DNA from: Elainellaceae cyanobacterium
GTDB lineage: Bacteria > Cyanobacteriota > Cyanobacteriia > CAZCXK01
Assembly (NCBI GenBank): GCA_051117555.1
Contig: JBNPEG010000144.1
Coordinates: 1 to 23,024 of the forward strand
Direction: 5' to 3'
DNA: 23,024 bases
The position numbers and the translations under genes are program-made. How positions within the stretch are numbered: position 1 is the stretch's first letter; the number at the start of each line of letters is the position of its first letter. Of the stretch, positions 1-9,444 are shown in pieces. Below the pieces are notes generated by a model. It had not been told where the DNA came from. It did not search any database and saw only the letters and a program-made list of their open reading frames with translations.

Positions 1-32
1 GTCGTTTCTCAATCTCTCAGGAGTAACCTAAA

Positions 33-266
33 CTACGCATTTGGAATAGTTTGGCTGGAATAGGCATCAAGCTGACCAAATGCATGAGTTCTGCTGGCAT
101 AATCAATCGGCTGACCCGTTACGGTTTCAGCAACGCGCTCAAACGATGCAGATCGCCAATTTCGCTCATGAATCGGCTTCGTTTGCTCGCCTCGAAAATA
201 AACTTGGGTGCCAATTAAAGCAGCCGCAATCCAACCCACAACAAACAATGCAATCAAAATAGTCAT
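33..266 (-). CDS. Small single-TM cyanobacterial protein, Psb35-related family (tentative)
   Basis: 77 aa with an N-terminal hydrophobic helix (MTILIALFVVGWIAAALIG) followed by YFRGEQTKPIHERNWRS, which I recall from conserved cyanobacterial proteins. AAGGAG RBS upstream on the minus strand. Confidence 0.65.
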   Translation of the reverse strand: MTILIALFVVGWIAAALIGTQVYFRGEQTKPIHERNWRSASFERVAETVTGQPIDYASRTHAFGQLDAYSSQTIPNA

Positions 267-426
267 AAGAATTAGTCTCCTTCTTTTCGCTTGCTTTATC
301 TAATCAAAATGGGAGTGTTTAACACGCCTATCCCCCATTCAGATAAACGGTTTATCGACAAAAAGCGTTACAAAATTTGCGCTGAACGATGCCGAAGCAC
401 CCGTTCTGCTCAATCAATGCAAATGA

Positions 427-624
427 CTAAGCTAGAAGCCCCAACTTCTTCCCGTTGTCGCGAGCTAAACGAATTAGATTCTGGCGACGAGTGCGCTCAA
501 CTCTCAACTGATTACATACGTTGGTAATAACTTGTGAATGAAGTGCGATCGCCTTACCACGCAGTTTCAAAAACTTCGGCTTCCCCATCCACTTCTGTAA
601 CACAATTACGATTGGAGCAAACAT
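427..624 (-). CDS. pgr5: PGR5 (proton gradient regulation 5 / Ssr2016-like), 65 aa
   Basis: MFAPIVIV...LRGKAIALHSQVIT...LIRLARDNGKKLGLLA matches the PGR5 signature. The likely start is ATG 624 with an AAGGAG RBS, not the ORF-track start at 717. Confidence 0.92.
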   Translation of the reverse strand: MFAPIVIVLQKWMGKPKFLKLRGKAIALHSQVITNVCNQLRVERTRRQNLIRLARDNGKKLGLLA

Positions 625-723
625 GCCATAGTCTCCTTGTTTTAGAACACGTTTTTGAACCGAGAGCAATTGGAGTTCGTTAGCTACGGGAATAAGCGTT
701 AGGCTGCACGAATTCAACCGCCA

Positions 724-751
724 TTTGTAACTCCATGTAAATTAATGTAAC
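724..751 (-). promoter_or_regulatory. HLR1-type (RpaB/NblR) direct repeats upstream of pgr5
   Basis: Minus strand reads GTTACATT-aa-TTTACATG-ga-GTTACAAA, three (G/T)TTACA(T/A)(T/A)-like octamers with 2-nt spacers, which is the HLR1 geometry. Confidence 0.75.
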
Positions 752-947
752 AATTTCGTTACAAAACGTCAAACTTTATTGCAAATAATCGTAAATGGTA
801 TTAATAAATTTGACTTATGCGTTCTTCATGGGGAGATTGCGGCTGTTTGTGCTATCTCGCGAATTGAAAATTTCGAGGCAGCACTGTGATTGAATGAATC
901 TCGCCACTCCGATTTGATGCAGTGTTTGACATTATTTAACGGACCGC

Positions 948-1628
948 ATGACACATTCTTCTTCAGCGCATTCGTCATCAGCGCATTCGGTGTATGCCCT
1001 CGCGATCCATACTGCAAGCCCTGAGCTTGGGTTAGCAATTAGCGATTTTTCAGGGGATAGCCGCTGTCAGGTCTGGGATTTGGGGCGATCGCTCTCAACT
1101 CGTCTGCATATCCAACTCGCAGACTTTATCAAACCTCAAACGTGGCAAGATTTAGCCTTCATTGCAGTTGCAAAAGGTCCGGGTGGTTTTACGGGCACGC
1201 GTATAGGAGTCGTGACTGCCCGAACATTGGCGCAGCAGCTTGATATTCCGTTATTTGCGTTTTCTACGCTAGAGGTGGCAGCGTGGCATCAGATACGATC
1301 GGCTCCTCAATCTGATCTGTCTGATGTTGCGATTGCGATGAGGGCACAGCGAGGAGAGGTGTTTGCAGCTATTTATTCTGCTGCGGTTAATCGCCTAACC
1401 CCTACTCCCACTGGGCTGACCATTCAACAGCCTGAAACCGTTATGCATGCAGACCAGTGGCAGCATATTCTCGAATCGTGGCATCGCTCCTACCAACGCG
1501 TCGATTTGGAAGGAGGGTTGGGAGCGTTTGCCAGCAGCCTGCTCGAACTCGCTCGGCTTCGGTGGCAGCAGGGCGATCGCCCCCATTGGTCAACCGTGTT
1601 GCCCTACTATGGCCAAAGCCCAGTTTGA
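948..1628 (+). CDS. tsaB: tRNA threonylcarbamoyladenosine biosynthesis protein TsaB
   Basis: LAIHTAS N-terminus, IAVAKGPGGFTGTRIG motif and AQRGEVF. Confidence 0.93.
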   Translation: MTHSSSAHSSSAHSVYALAIHTASPELGLAISDFSGDSRCQVWDLGRSLSTRLHIQLADFIKPQTWQDLAFIAVAKGPGGFTGTRIGVVTARTLAQQLDIPLFAFSTLEVAAWHQIRSAPQSDLSDVAIAMRAQRGEVFAAIYSAAVNRLTPTPTGLTIQQPETVMHADQWQHILESWHRSYQRVDLEGGLGAFASSLLELARLRWQQGDRPHWSTVLPYYGQSPV

Positions 1629-1672
1629 TACCTATGTCCGTGCTATTACTAAGACCGTGCTGCTACTACCTA

Positions 1673-2809
1673 CTAACGGTCTAGCGTTCGTGGGTCAAGG
1701 GCGTCTCGCAGCCCATCTCCCAATAGGTTAAACGATAAAACCGTTAATACAATCAAAATCGCAGGCGACCAAACCAGCCAAGGCTGAAGCACTAGAATCG
1801 ACGCATTGGTTGCTAGGGAGAGCATATTGCCCCACGACGGATCGGGTTGCTGAATTCCTAGACCGATTAAGCTCAGCACAGCTTCTGCCACGATAAAACT
1901 TGGAATTGCCAGCGTCGCAGAAATAATCACGTAGGTTGCAGTCTGGGGGAGCACATGACGAATAATGATATAGAGCGGTCTGCCTCCCATGGCTTTGGAT
2001 GCTTGGACAAATGAGCGTGCCTTGATGGAGAGAACTTGCCCTCGAATCACCCGCGCTAGCCCAGCCCAACTCACAAATGACGTAATCAAAATAATCAGCA
2101 AAAACCGTTGAGAACTGGTTAAACCGGGGGGAAGCACCGCAGCGAGCGCAACCAGCAAATAGATGGTTGGAATGGTCATGAGGACTTCGACAAAGCGCAT
2201 CAGGATACCGTCAGTAGCGCCGCCGAAGTAGCCAGAAATTCCACCAACGAGCATGCCTAGCGGGAATGAAATGGCAATGCCGACAAGCCCGATGCTCAAG
2301 CTAATTCGACCTCCATAGATCAGACGACTAAACTGGTCGCGAGCCTGCTCATCGGTGCCTAGAAGATTGAGTTTGCCTTCGCCAATCGTACCAAACAGGT
2401 GTAGATCTCCTGGAATGCCTGAGAAAATCTCAATTTCTTCAATGCCGGGGTCTGTGAGCGAAAAACGAGTCGGTAGAGGCAGTCGAATTTGCCCGAACTG
2501 ATATTCAGATCCTCTAACAAATAGGCGAATTGGCGACGGTTCGCTGAAATCGACCATTAGTTGGCGATCGCCCGTTTCTAAATCGACAGGTCCTAGCGTT
2601 GTGGGGTAGACGTGAGGACCGATAAAATCGCCGTCGGGAGTGCGCCAATAAATTTCAGTGGGTGGCAACAACGAGCCATCGGGCTGAGTGGCATATGGGT
2701 CGTAGGGTGCGACGAATTCACCGACAATCGCTGCTAGATAAAAAATCAGCAAGACGGTTGCGCCGAATCGGGCTAGAGAATTGCTCTTAAGCTTTTGCCA
2801 CCAGTTCAT
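1673..2809 (-). CDS. Peptide/nickel ABC transporter permease (DppC/OppC family)
   Basis: LLGTDEQARDQFSRLIYGGRISL, EAA-like loop FVQASKAMGG, IVAEAVLSLIGLG, PSWGNML and FNLLGDGLRDALDP. Confidence 0.92.
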   Translation of the reverse strand: MNWWQKLKSNSLARFGATVLLIFYLAAIVGEFVAPYDPYATQPDGSLLPPTEIYWRTPDGDFIGPHVYPTTLGPVDLETGDRQLMVDFSEPSPIRLFVRGSEYQFGQIRLPLPTRFSLTDPGIEEIEIFSGIPGDLHLFGTIGEGKLNLLGTDEQARDQFSRLIYGGRISLSIGLVGIAISFPLGMLVGGISGYFGGATDGILMRFVEVLMTIPTIYLLVALAAVLPPGLTSSQRFLLIILITSFVSWAGLARVIRGQVLSIKARSFVQASKAMGGRPLYIIIRHVLPQTATYVIISATLAIPSFIVAEAVLSLIGLGIQQPDPSWGNMLSLATNASILVLQPWLVWSPAILIVLTVLSFNLLGDGLRDALDPRTLDR

Positions 2810-2900
2810 CGCAGGTATGCCCCATCAGGCGAAAAGGTCTAATTAACCTCTTAGTGTAGCGTGTGCTTGGAAGTACAATGCCTCAAAATTTGGAAAATGG

Positions 2901-3266
2901 TTAAGCATTTTGCTGTCGGTAGCTGAGCAACCAGTTCACCATCGTAGCTCGACGGGTTTTACGAGGAACCAGTTCATCAAGTTTGTAGCCGCCAAATCCC
3001 AATTCTTCCTTTAAAAGCTGTTTGTGCTCTTTGGGAATGGATCGCGTTAGCTTGACCGTTGCGGGTCGACTGGCGATGAAATCGGGGGGGTCTGGATATT
3101 CATTTCGCCACTCTGGGGCAACCGATGCTGAATCCCACTGCCCGGTCGATGGGTCATATTGATATCCAAGGCAGTGCCAAACCAATTGATTGACGGTATC
3201 GTCATCGATGTCGTCGTTGAGGATTTTCCAAAATGTATCTGACGTAAGATTGGGCAGCTCTAACAT
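2901..3266 (-). CDS. DUF1823 family protein
   Basis: 121 aa with WHCLGY, YPDPPDFI, RPATVKLTRSIPKEHKQLLKE and TRRATMVNWLL, typical of cyanobacterial/plastid DUF1823. Confidence 0.8.
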   Translation of the reverse strand: MLELPNLTSDTFWKILNDDIDDDTVNQLVWHCLGYQYDPSTGQWDSASVAPEWRNEYPDPPDFIASRPATVKLTRSIPKEHKQLLKEELGFGGYKLDELVPRKTRRATMVNWLLSYRQQNA

Positions 3267-3487
3267 AACGGTTAGTAAGAGGTAGATGGCGCACGCCTTA
3301 TCCAGAATTTTTCAACCAGCGTGGGCAAGTTTTCTATATGTTCTATTCTATGGCGAGTCAAATTAAGAAAATCTTCAGATAGATATAGCAATCCTAGATG
3401 GGTGATCCGTTGGATTAGGTTAGCTAGACAACTGACAAGAGCGATCGCCTCTGGGATACTTCACAAGATGGTAGCGAGGGATATGTT

Positions 3488-4921
3488 ATGAAGCTTTTGC
3501 CTCACCGCACTAAGGTGGTCGCTACGATTGGTCCGGCTAGCAGTTCTGCTGAGGTCATTCGCCGCATGGTACAGGCAGGCATGACTGTTGCCCGGTTAAA
3601 TTTCTCTCATGGCAGTTATGACGATCATGCCAAGATGATTGCCCTGCTGCGACAGGTTTCAGATGAGTTAGAACGTCCGATTACATTGCTTCAAGACCTT
3701 CAAGGACCCAAAGTTCGGGTCGGACAGTTGCCCGATGGCTCAATCACTCTAAGCGAGGGCGATACTCTTGAATTGGTGCCGATGGATGAATTTACCGGGC
3801 AACCCGCTACAGTGCCGATTGATTATCCGTATCTGGCAGAAGAGGCGGAGGTGGGTGCTCAGGTGTTGCTAGACGACGGGTTGCTTGAGCTGAAGATTAG
3901 TGCGATCGCCAATCCTGCTGTTCAGTGTGAAGTAATTCGGGGGGGATTACTCAAAAATCGAAAAGGGGTCAATGTGCCCAGTTTGAGCTTACGGCTGCCG
4001 TCTCTTACGGATAAGGATCGGCAAGATCTAGAATTTGGCATTCAGCATGGCGTTGATTGGATTGCCCTGAGTTTTGTACGCCGCCCCGACGATATTCAAG
4101 CATTAAGGCAATTGTTGACAGAGCATGGAGCAGATGATATGCCTGTTCTGGCAAAAATTGAAAAACCTCAGGCGATCGCCCAAATTGATGCCATTCTCGA
4201 TCAATGTGATGGGGTAATGGTTGCCCGGGGGGATTTAGGCGTAGAAATGAGTCCTGAGAAGGTGCCCATTCTTCAAAAGCAGGTGATTCGGGCCTGTAAT
4301 CAGCGGGGTATCCCGGTGATCACAGCAACACAAATGCTGGAAAGCATGATTGTCAACCCCCGGCCCACCCGAGCAGAGGCCAGTGATGTTGCAAATGCCA
4401 TTCTCGATGGCACCGATGCGGTGATGCTATCTGGAGAATCTGCGGTCGGCAAGTATCCCGTTCAAGCCGTTGAGATGTTGGCTCGCATCGCCACCGAAGT
4501 CGAACAGACCCTCGAATTTGCGAATCTGCCCCCTGCCCAAACCGATATCACTCACGCCATCAGTGAAGCCATCACCACGATTGATAAAATCCTTGACTTG
4601 CAGTGTATCGCAGCGTTCACGACCACCGGATATACAGCCGGGCTAGTCGCCGCAGAACGTCCCCATGCTCCTATTATCGCCTTTACGCCCGATGTCAAAG
4701 TCTATTTTCGCCTCAATCTAATGTGGGGCGTCACGCCTCTGCTGATTGAACGCCCTGTCTCATCGGTGGACGATTTAGCCATCTGGATTGAGAAAGACCT
4801 ACAACAGAACAATCTGGCAGGCATCGGCGACATCATCTTGGTCTTGGGTGGGAGCCCCGTTCAGCGTACGCGGGGCACTAATTTTCTCAAAATTCATACC
4901 ATCAGTGAGGGCAGCTATTAG
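3488..4921 (+). CDS. pyk: Pyruvate kinase (short type, no C-terminal PEP-utiliser domain)
   Basis: [64 protein letters not shown] and MLSGESA. Confidence 0.97.
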   Translation: MKLLPHRTKVVATIGPASSSAEVIRRMVQAGMTVARLNFSHGSYDDHAKMIALLRQVSDELERPITLLQDLQGPKVRVGQLPDGSITLSEGDTLELVPMDEFTGQPATVPIDYPYLAEEAEVGAQVLLDDGLLELKISAIANPAVQCEVIRGGLLKNRKGVNVPSLSLRLPSLTDKDRQDLEFGIQHGVDWIALSFVRRPDDIQALRQLLTEHGADDMPVLAKIEKPQAIAQIDAILDQCDGVMVARGDLGVEMSPEKVPILQKQVIRACNQRGIPVITATQMLESMIVNPRPTRAEASDVANAILDGTDAVMLSGESAVGKYPVQAVEMLARIATEVEQTLEFANLPPAQTDITHAISEAITTIDKILDLQCIAAFTTTGYTAGLVAAERPHAPIIAFTPDVKVYFRLNLMWGVTPLLIERPVSSVDDLAIWIEKDLQQNNLAGIGDIILVLGGSPVQRTRGTNFLKIHTISEGSY

Positions 4922-4948
4922 TGTCCATAGGGCTGAGCAGGCACATTG

Positions 4949-6193
4949 CTAAGCGGGCACGAGGCGAGTCGGTGGAGTATCAAAAACTCGAACCTCCTCG
5001 GCATCCTGCTGAACTGCGGCATGGATCTGTTCTCGTAAGTCAGGAGTTACGGCGAGTGCACGAGTCCAGTCGGGGATTTGCGCTCCCGATGGGTTAAGGA
5101 AATATTGTTCTCCCGCTTGTAAGATGACCTTTTCGAAAAGTTCGATGGTGACTTCTTCTTGATGGCGATCGTAATGGAGTCCATTAAAGCGAGCATCGAC
5201 AAAGAATTGCCGCGTAAAGTCTTGAGCCTCTCGGCGAAACTTGACACGCAATGCGTTGATTAAATCCATCGATACGACGACGGATTCGGTTTCGGTGAGC
5301 GTCCGCAAAATTGAGCGCAAAATGTCTTGGCACATCTTTTGCAATCCTTCGTCAGCAGTCTTGCCGAGGGGTTGATGTTTGTGTTCGAAGATGCCAATAT
5401 CAATCTGAGAAATTCGCTTTTGTGCAACATTGCGATAGACCTCAGAAAGCAAACCCACTTCTAATCCCCAGTTTCCAGGAATTCGAATATTGAGGGCTAG
5501 ATCGCTGGTTAGAGCAAATTCTCCAGAGAGAGGATAGCGGTAGGCGCTCAAATAACGAAGATAGTCGCGGTAGCCAAACAGCTCTGTCAGCGCTACCAAT
5601 AACGGCGTCACAAACAGCCGCGACACTCGACCGTGTAAGCTTCGGGGAGAACTGCCAATGCGGGCGTAATAGGCTTTGTTGAAGGCAATGCCAAACTCTT
5701 TCTCAAGCAGCGGGAACAGAAGTTTGAGCGGATATGAGCGATCGTAGGTGGTAATGTCTGCATCGTGGAGGGCGATCGCCTCTGATTCTAATGATGCCAC
5801 TCCCAACCCGAGCCAAACAGCTCGCCCCTTCCCCCGAAAGCTTAGAATATCTAAGCCTCGGTCACGAAGCTGCTCAAGAATACGAGTCACTCTAGGACCG
5901 TTTTCCCAAATAATCAGCGTCTCTTGAGGAAGCTCTGAAAAGAACTCAACTGCATTCGCGTATTGTTCTTGGGATTGAGCATATAGACAGACCACAACGT
6001 GCTTAACAAAATAGCATTGCCGCAAGTGCTCACGAATGAGTGCTAAAGCAGGTCTTTCAAGCTCATCGTAGAGTGCAGGAATGAGTACGGCTGTTGAAGA
6101 CGTTTCGCTCAGTTGGATCAGGCGAGATTCTAAAAACTCTAAATCGCACCCTAAATCGTGAATAGTCGTAATTAACTCTTGTTTGTAGTCCAT
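4949..6193 (-). CDS. gpgS: Glucosyl-3-phosphoglycerate synthase (cyanobacterial GpgS-type glycosyltransferase)
   Basis: MDYKQELITTIHD start, GKGRAVW, HDAD (DxD), FNKAYYAR, GRVSRLFV, YPLSGEFA, WGLEVG and HKHQ. Sits next to a GH13_18 phosphorylase. Confidence 0.85.
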   Translation of the reverse strand: MDYKQELITTIHDLGCDLEFLESRLIQLSETSSTAVLIPALYDELERPALALIREHLRQCYFVKHVVVCLYAQSQEQYANAVEFFSELPQETLIIWENGPRVTRILEQLRDRGLDILSFRGKGRAVWLGLGVASLESEAIALHDADITTYDRSYPLKLLFPLLEKEFGIAFNKAYYARIGSSPRSLHGRVSRLFVTPLLVALTELFGYRDYLRYLSAYRYPLSGEFALTSDLALNIRIPGNWGLEVGLLSEVYRNVAQKRISQIDIGIFEHKHQPLGKTADEGLQKMCQDILRSILRTLTETESVVVSMDLINALRVKFRREAQDFTRQFFVDARFNGLHYDRHQEEVTIELFEKVILQAGEQYFLNPSGAQIPDWTRALAVTPDLREQIHAAVQQDAEEVRVFDTPPTRLVPA

Positions 6194-6271
6194 TCGACCA
6201 TCAAAAATGCCACACTACAGCTCAATCATTAAACTAATCTAAAAAAAACGGTGTTAAGAAGAATACAAATT

Positions 6272-6295
6272 TCTCAGTAGCTGTCGTTACTGAGA
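6272..6295. promoter_or_regulatory. NtcA box GTA-N8-TAC inside an extended palindrome between divergent gpgS and the phosphorylase
   Basis: TCTCAGTA-GCTGTCGT-TACTGAGA with core 6277-6290. A -10-like GATAAT lies 23 nt downstream on the plus strand (6314-6319). Confidence 0.7.
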
Positions 6296-6441
6296 GACGC
6301 CTTTCATATGCTTGATAATGAGCCGAATCTAATTCTTCGCGCAGAAATCCCCAGAAATTCTTGAAGAACCCCGACCAATATTCGCGTTTAGGTATTTCGG
6401 TTAGTAGATAACAGTTTGCAGCAGTTACGATAAATAGACCT

Positions 6442-8238
6442 ATGACGGACGTAATCACATCACGAAGCGATCAGTCTCAGATCAAGCGAGACTATTTCTC
6501 ACAGCGAATTAAACCATTAGTTGAGATGGTGTATGGGCCTGAGAAATGTGATGAATTAGTCAATCAACTATTCTCCTTGGTTGGCGGCTACATGGCTGAT
6601 TCGTTTGAAGAAGACTTCAACAAATGGAGCCAAAATAACGTATTACTTATTACGTATGGCGACAGTATCTGTTCGACCCGTGGCGACGCTCCACTTCAAA
6701 CCCTCGATCGCTTCTTAGAAGAGTATTTGCAAGGAACCATAACCGGTGTCCACATTATTCCGTTCTTCCCTTACAGCTCGGATGATGGGTTTGCTGTCAT
6801 TGATTATTTAAAGGTGAATCCGGATCTGGGTGATTGGGACGCGATTAGCAGCATTGCTCAAAAATTTAACTTGATGGTTGATTTAGTCGTCAATCATGTG
6901 TCAAGCAAAAGTGAATGGTTTGATCAGTTTAAGCAAGGTCAAAAACCTGGATGTGACTATTTTATTGAGGTCGATCCGTCAGAAGACGTATCAGCGGTGG
7001 TGCGTCCGCGAAGCACGCCTTTATTGGTTGAAGTCGACACCATTTACGGCAAAAAGCACGTTTGGGCCACATTCAGCCCCGATCAGGTCGATCTAAATTT
7101 TGCAAATTTTGATGTATTGCTGGAATTTATCGAAATTGTGCTGTTTTATGTGCGCATGGGTGCCAAGTATTTTCGATTGGATGCCATCGGATATTTGTGG
7201 AAAGCCCTTGGAACTCCCTGCATCCATCTTCCAGAAACTCATGCCCTGATTCGATTGCTGCGCGAAATTCTGCAAATGGTTGACCCCAGCATTGCGATCA
7301 TCACTGAAACGAATGTGCCTAACCGAGAGAACCTCAGCTATTTTGGCAATCGGAATGAGGCGCACATGATTTATAACTTTAGCTTGCCTCCCTTAGTGAT
7401 TAATGCGTTGCTTCAAGGGCGGTCAGATCACCTGAAAACTTGGATGATGAGCATGCCTCCCGCTCCGATTGGGTGTGCCTATTTAAATTTCACGGCATCG
7501 CATGATGGTATTGGCCTGCGTCCAGCAGAAGGATTGCTCACCGATGATGAATACGACGCTCTGCTGGCGACGATGCAAGAATTTGGTGGCAAGATCAGCA
7601 TGCGCCAGCGGTCAGATGGGACTGAGAGCCCCTACGAAATTAATATTTCGCTCTTTGATGCGTGCAAAGGCACGGTAGATGGAGAGGATGAGTGGCAGAT
7701 TGAGCGATTTATCTGTTCTCAAACGATTATGATGTCGCTGGAAGGAGTTCCAGCCTTTTATCTGCATAGTCTGTTGGGAACCCATAATGACGATGAACGG
7801 GTCAAGCAAACAGGGCGAAATCGCTCTATTAATCGCCATCGTTGGGATTATGACACTCTGATCAAGGAATTGGGCGATCGCCAGTCGTCTCATTCAAAGG
7901 TGTTTCATGAACTCAGCCGATTGATCAAAATCCGACGACGGCAGGGCGCATTTCACCCCAATGCGACTCAATACACCCTGCATCCGTTAAACAAAGCACT
8001 GTTTGCATTTTGGCGGCAGAGCATAACGCGAGATCAAAGCATCTTCTCGATTCATAATCTCAGCGACAAACCCCAGACCCTGCGGCTCTCCAATCTCAAC
8101 CTAATTATCACCGACCCCTGGTGTGATTTGATTAGCGGTCGATTGATTGCAGATATTCATGACGTGTTTCATCTGCAACCATATCAGTCTGCCTGGATTA
8201 CGAATAAGTTTGATGCGTCAGATGTTAAGACAGATTAG
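6442..8238 (+). CDS. GH13_18 sucrose-phosphorylase-like enzyme, probably glucosylglycerate phosphorylase
   Basis: LITYGDS, HIIPFFPYSSDDGF, DLVVNHVS, nucleophile RLDAIGYLWK, acid/base ITETNVP, ASHDGIG and loop YEINIS. The ETN and YEIN motifs match GGaP rather than sucrose phosphorylase. Adjacent to gpgS. Confidence 0.85.
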   Translation: MTDVITSRSDQSQIKRDYFSQRIKPLVEMVYGPEKCDELVNQLFSLVGGYMADSFEEDFNKWSQNNVLLITYGDSICSTRGDAPLQTLDRFLEEYLQGTITGVHIIPFFPYSSDDGFAVIDYLKVNPDLGDWDAISSIAQKFNLMVDLVVNHVSSKSEWFDQFKQGQKPGCDYFIEVDPSEDVSAVVRPRSTPLLVEVDTIYGKKHVWATFSPDQVDLNFANFDVLLEFIEIVLFYVRMGAKYFRLDAIGYLWKALGTPCIHLPETHALIRLLREILQMVDPSIAIITETNVPNRENLSYFGNRNEAHMIYNFSLPPLVINALLQGRSDHLKTWMMSMPPAPIGCAYLNFTASHDGIGLRPAEGLLTDDEYDALLATMQEFGGKISMRQRSDGTESPYEINISLFDACKGTVDGEDEWQIERFICSQTIMMSLEGVPAFYLHSLLGTHNDDERVKQTGRNRSINRHRWDYDTLIKELGDRQSSHSKVFHELSRLIKIRRRQGAFHPNATQYTLHPLNKALFAFWRQSITRDQSIFSIHNLSDKPQTLRLSNLNLIITDPWCDLISGRLIADIHDVFHLQPYQSAWITNKFDASDVKTD

Positions 8239-8293
8239 TCGGTATCGGCTTTCTAATTTGAGCCCACACATGTTTCATCAGGTATATTCTCCA

Positions 8294-9274
8294 TCAGGTG
8301 TATAAGCCTGCCACATATTCGCCATACCCGTTGTAGGGCAGCGTCGGTACAACATCGACCGAAAACTCTGATCCAGGGCCAATCAGTTTTTCTTCAGCTT
8401 GTGACCATCGAGGATGAGGAACCTCAGGATTAACATTCGACTCAAACTTATATTCGTTGGGGCTAATCGTGTTCCAGAAGGTCGCAGGCTGTTCGTCAAC
8501 AAAATCAATTTTGACAATCGATTTTGCGCCCTTGAACCCATACTTCCAGGGCACGACCATGCGAATCGGGGCTCCCTGTTGCTTGGGCAAGGTTTGACCA
8601 TAAATGCCCACGGCAAAGAAGGCGAGCTCGTTTGCCATTTCTTCGATGCGTAGCCCCTCAGTATAGGGCCACGGCAAGAACATCGACTGGAATCCAGGCC
8701 CCTGGGTGACGTCTGAATCGTAATAGGAGGTGAACCGCACAAATTTAGCCTGATCGGTAGGCTCAACGGCTTCTAGAAGCGATCGCATGGGAAATCCAAT
8801 CCACGGAACAACCATTGACCAGGCTTCAACGCACCGAAAGCGATAGATCCGTTCTTCGAGCGGAAAGGTGGCAATAATGTCATCGACGTCATAGGTTTTA
8901 GGATTATTCACTAACCCTGTGATTTCAACCTTCCAATCGTCGGTTGGCAGATCTTGAGCGTTGCGCCAAATGTCTTTACTGCCACCAAACTCGTAAAAGT
9001 TATTGTAAGTCGCTGCGACAAGGCGCCCACTGACCGGGCGTCCTGCCTCTGAAAACTGGGGGTTTGTGGTAAACCGCAAATCGTCAAGACCTGCGATCGC
9101 CGCCTCAGCTTCAGCACTTTGAGACCGCTGACAGCCCAACACGGGTGCCACCGATGCACCAATGCCGACACCGACCAGCGTTTTGATGAACCGGCGTCGA
9201 TTGAAATAAGCAGATTCAGGAGTAACTAGCTTTTCTGAAAGCTGCCACGGTTTGGGAATGCGGATAAACACCAT
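8294..9274 (-). CDS. msrP: Protein-methionine-sulfoxide reductase catalytic subunit MsrP (YedY), Tat-exported
   Basis: Tat motif NRRRFIK, YNNFYEFG, Mo-ligand RFRCVEAWS, PWKYGFKGAKSI and NPEVPHPRWSQA. Confidence 0.95.
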   Translation of the reverse strand: MVFIRIPKPWQLSEKLVTPESAYFNRRRFIKTLVGVGIGASVAPVLGCQRSQSAEAEAAIAGLDDLRFTTNPQFSEAGRPVSGRLVAATYNNFYEFGGSKDIWRNAQDLPTDDWKVEITGLVNNPKTYDVDDIIATFPLEERIYRFRCVEAWSMVVPWIGFPMRSLLEAVEPTDQAKFVRFTSYYDSDVTQGPGFQSMFLPWPYTEGLRIEEMANELAFFAVGIYGQTLPKQQGAPIRMVVPWKYGFKGAKSIVKIDFVDEQPATFWNTISPNEYKFESNVNPEVPHPRWSQAEEKLIGPGSEFSVDVVPTLPYNGYGEYVAGLYT

Positions 9275-9444
9275 AAGGGAAATTCGTCGTCGGTCTAGTA
9301 GGTACGCTATCTCTTACTATAAAAAAGTTAAGTAGGGTTGTTGAGGTTAGAAAACGCTGAGTGTTTTTCGTGTACGTCCGCTCAAATTGTTACAAACCTG
9401 TGCAAACCCCTCAGCCAATCAGAAACCCGCTTCACAATAGATCC

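Noticed and set aside
625..717. 31-aa N-terminal extension of PGR5 from the ORF track
   Set aside because: ATG 624 has a good AAGGAG RBS and gives the typical 65-aa cyanobacterial PGR5.
746..763. NtcA box upstream of pgr5
   Set aside because: The spacing is GTA-N10-TAC, not N8; HLR1 half-sites explain it better.
6234..6458. 74-aa ORF in the gpgS/phosphorylase intergenic region
   Set aside because: It spans the AT-rich divergent promoter and overlaps the phosphorylase start, with no homology cues.
6442..8238. Alpha-amylase or true sucrose phosphorylase call
   Set aside because: The GH13_18 ETN and YEIN loops and the gpgS context favour glucosylglycerate phosphorylase.
9361..9444. GTG-start extension of the HdrB-like protein
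   Set aside because: The conserved domain begins just after ATG 9445, and the extension looks like promoter sequence.
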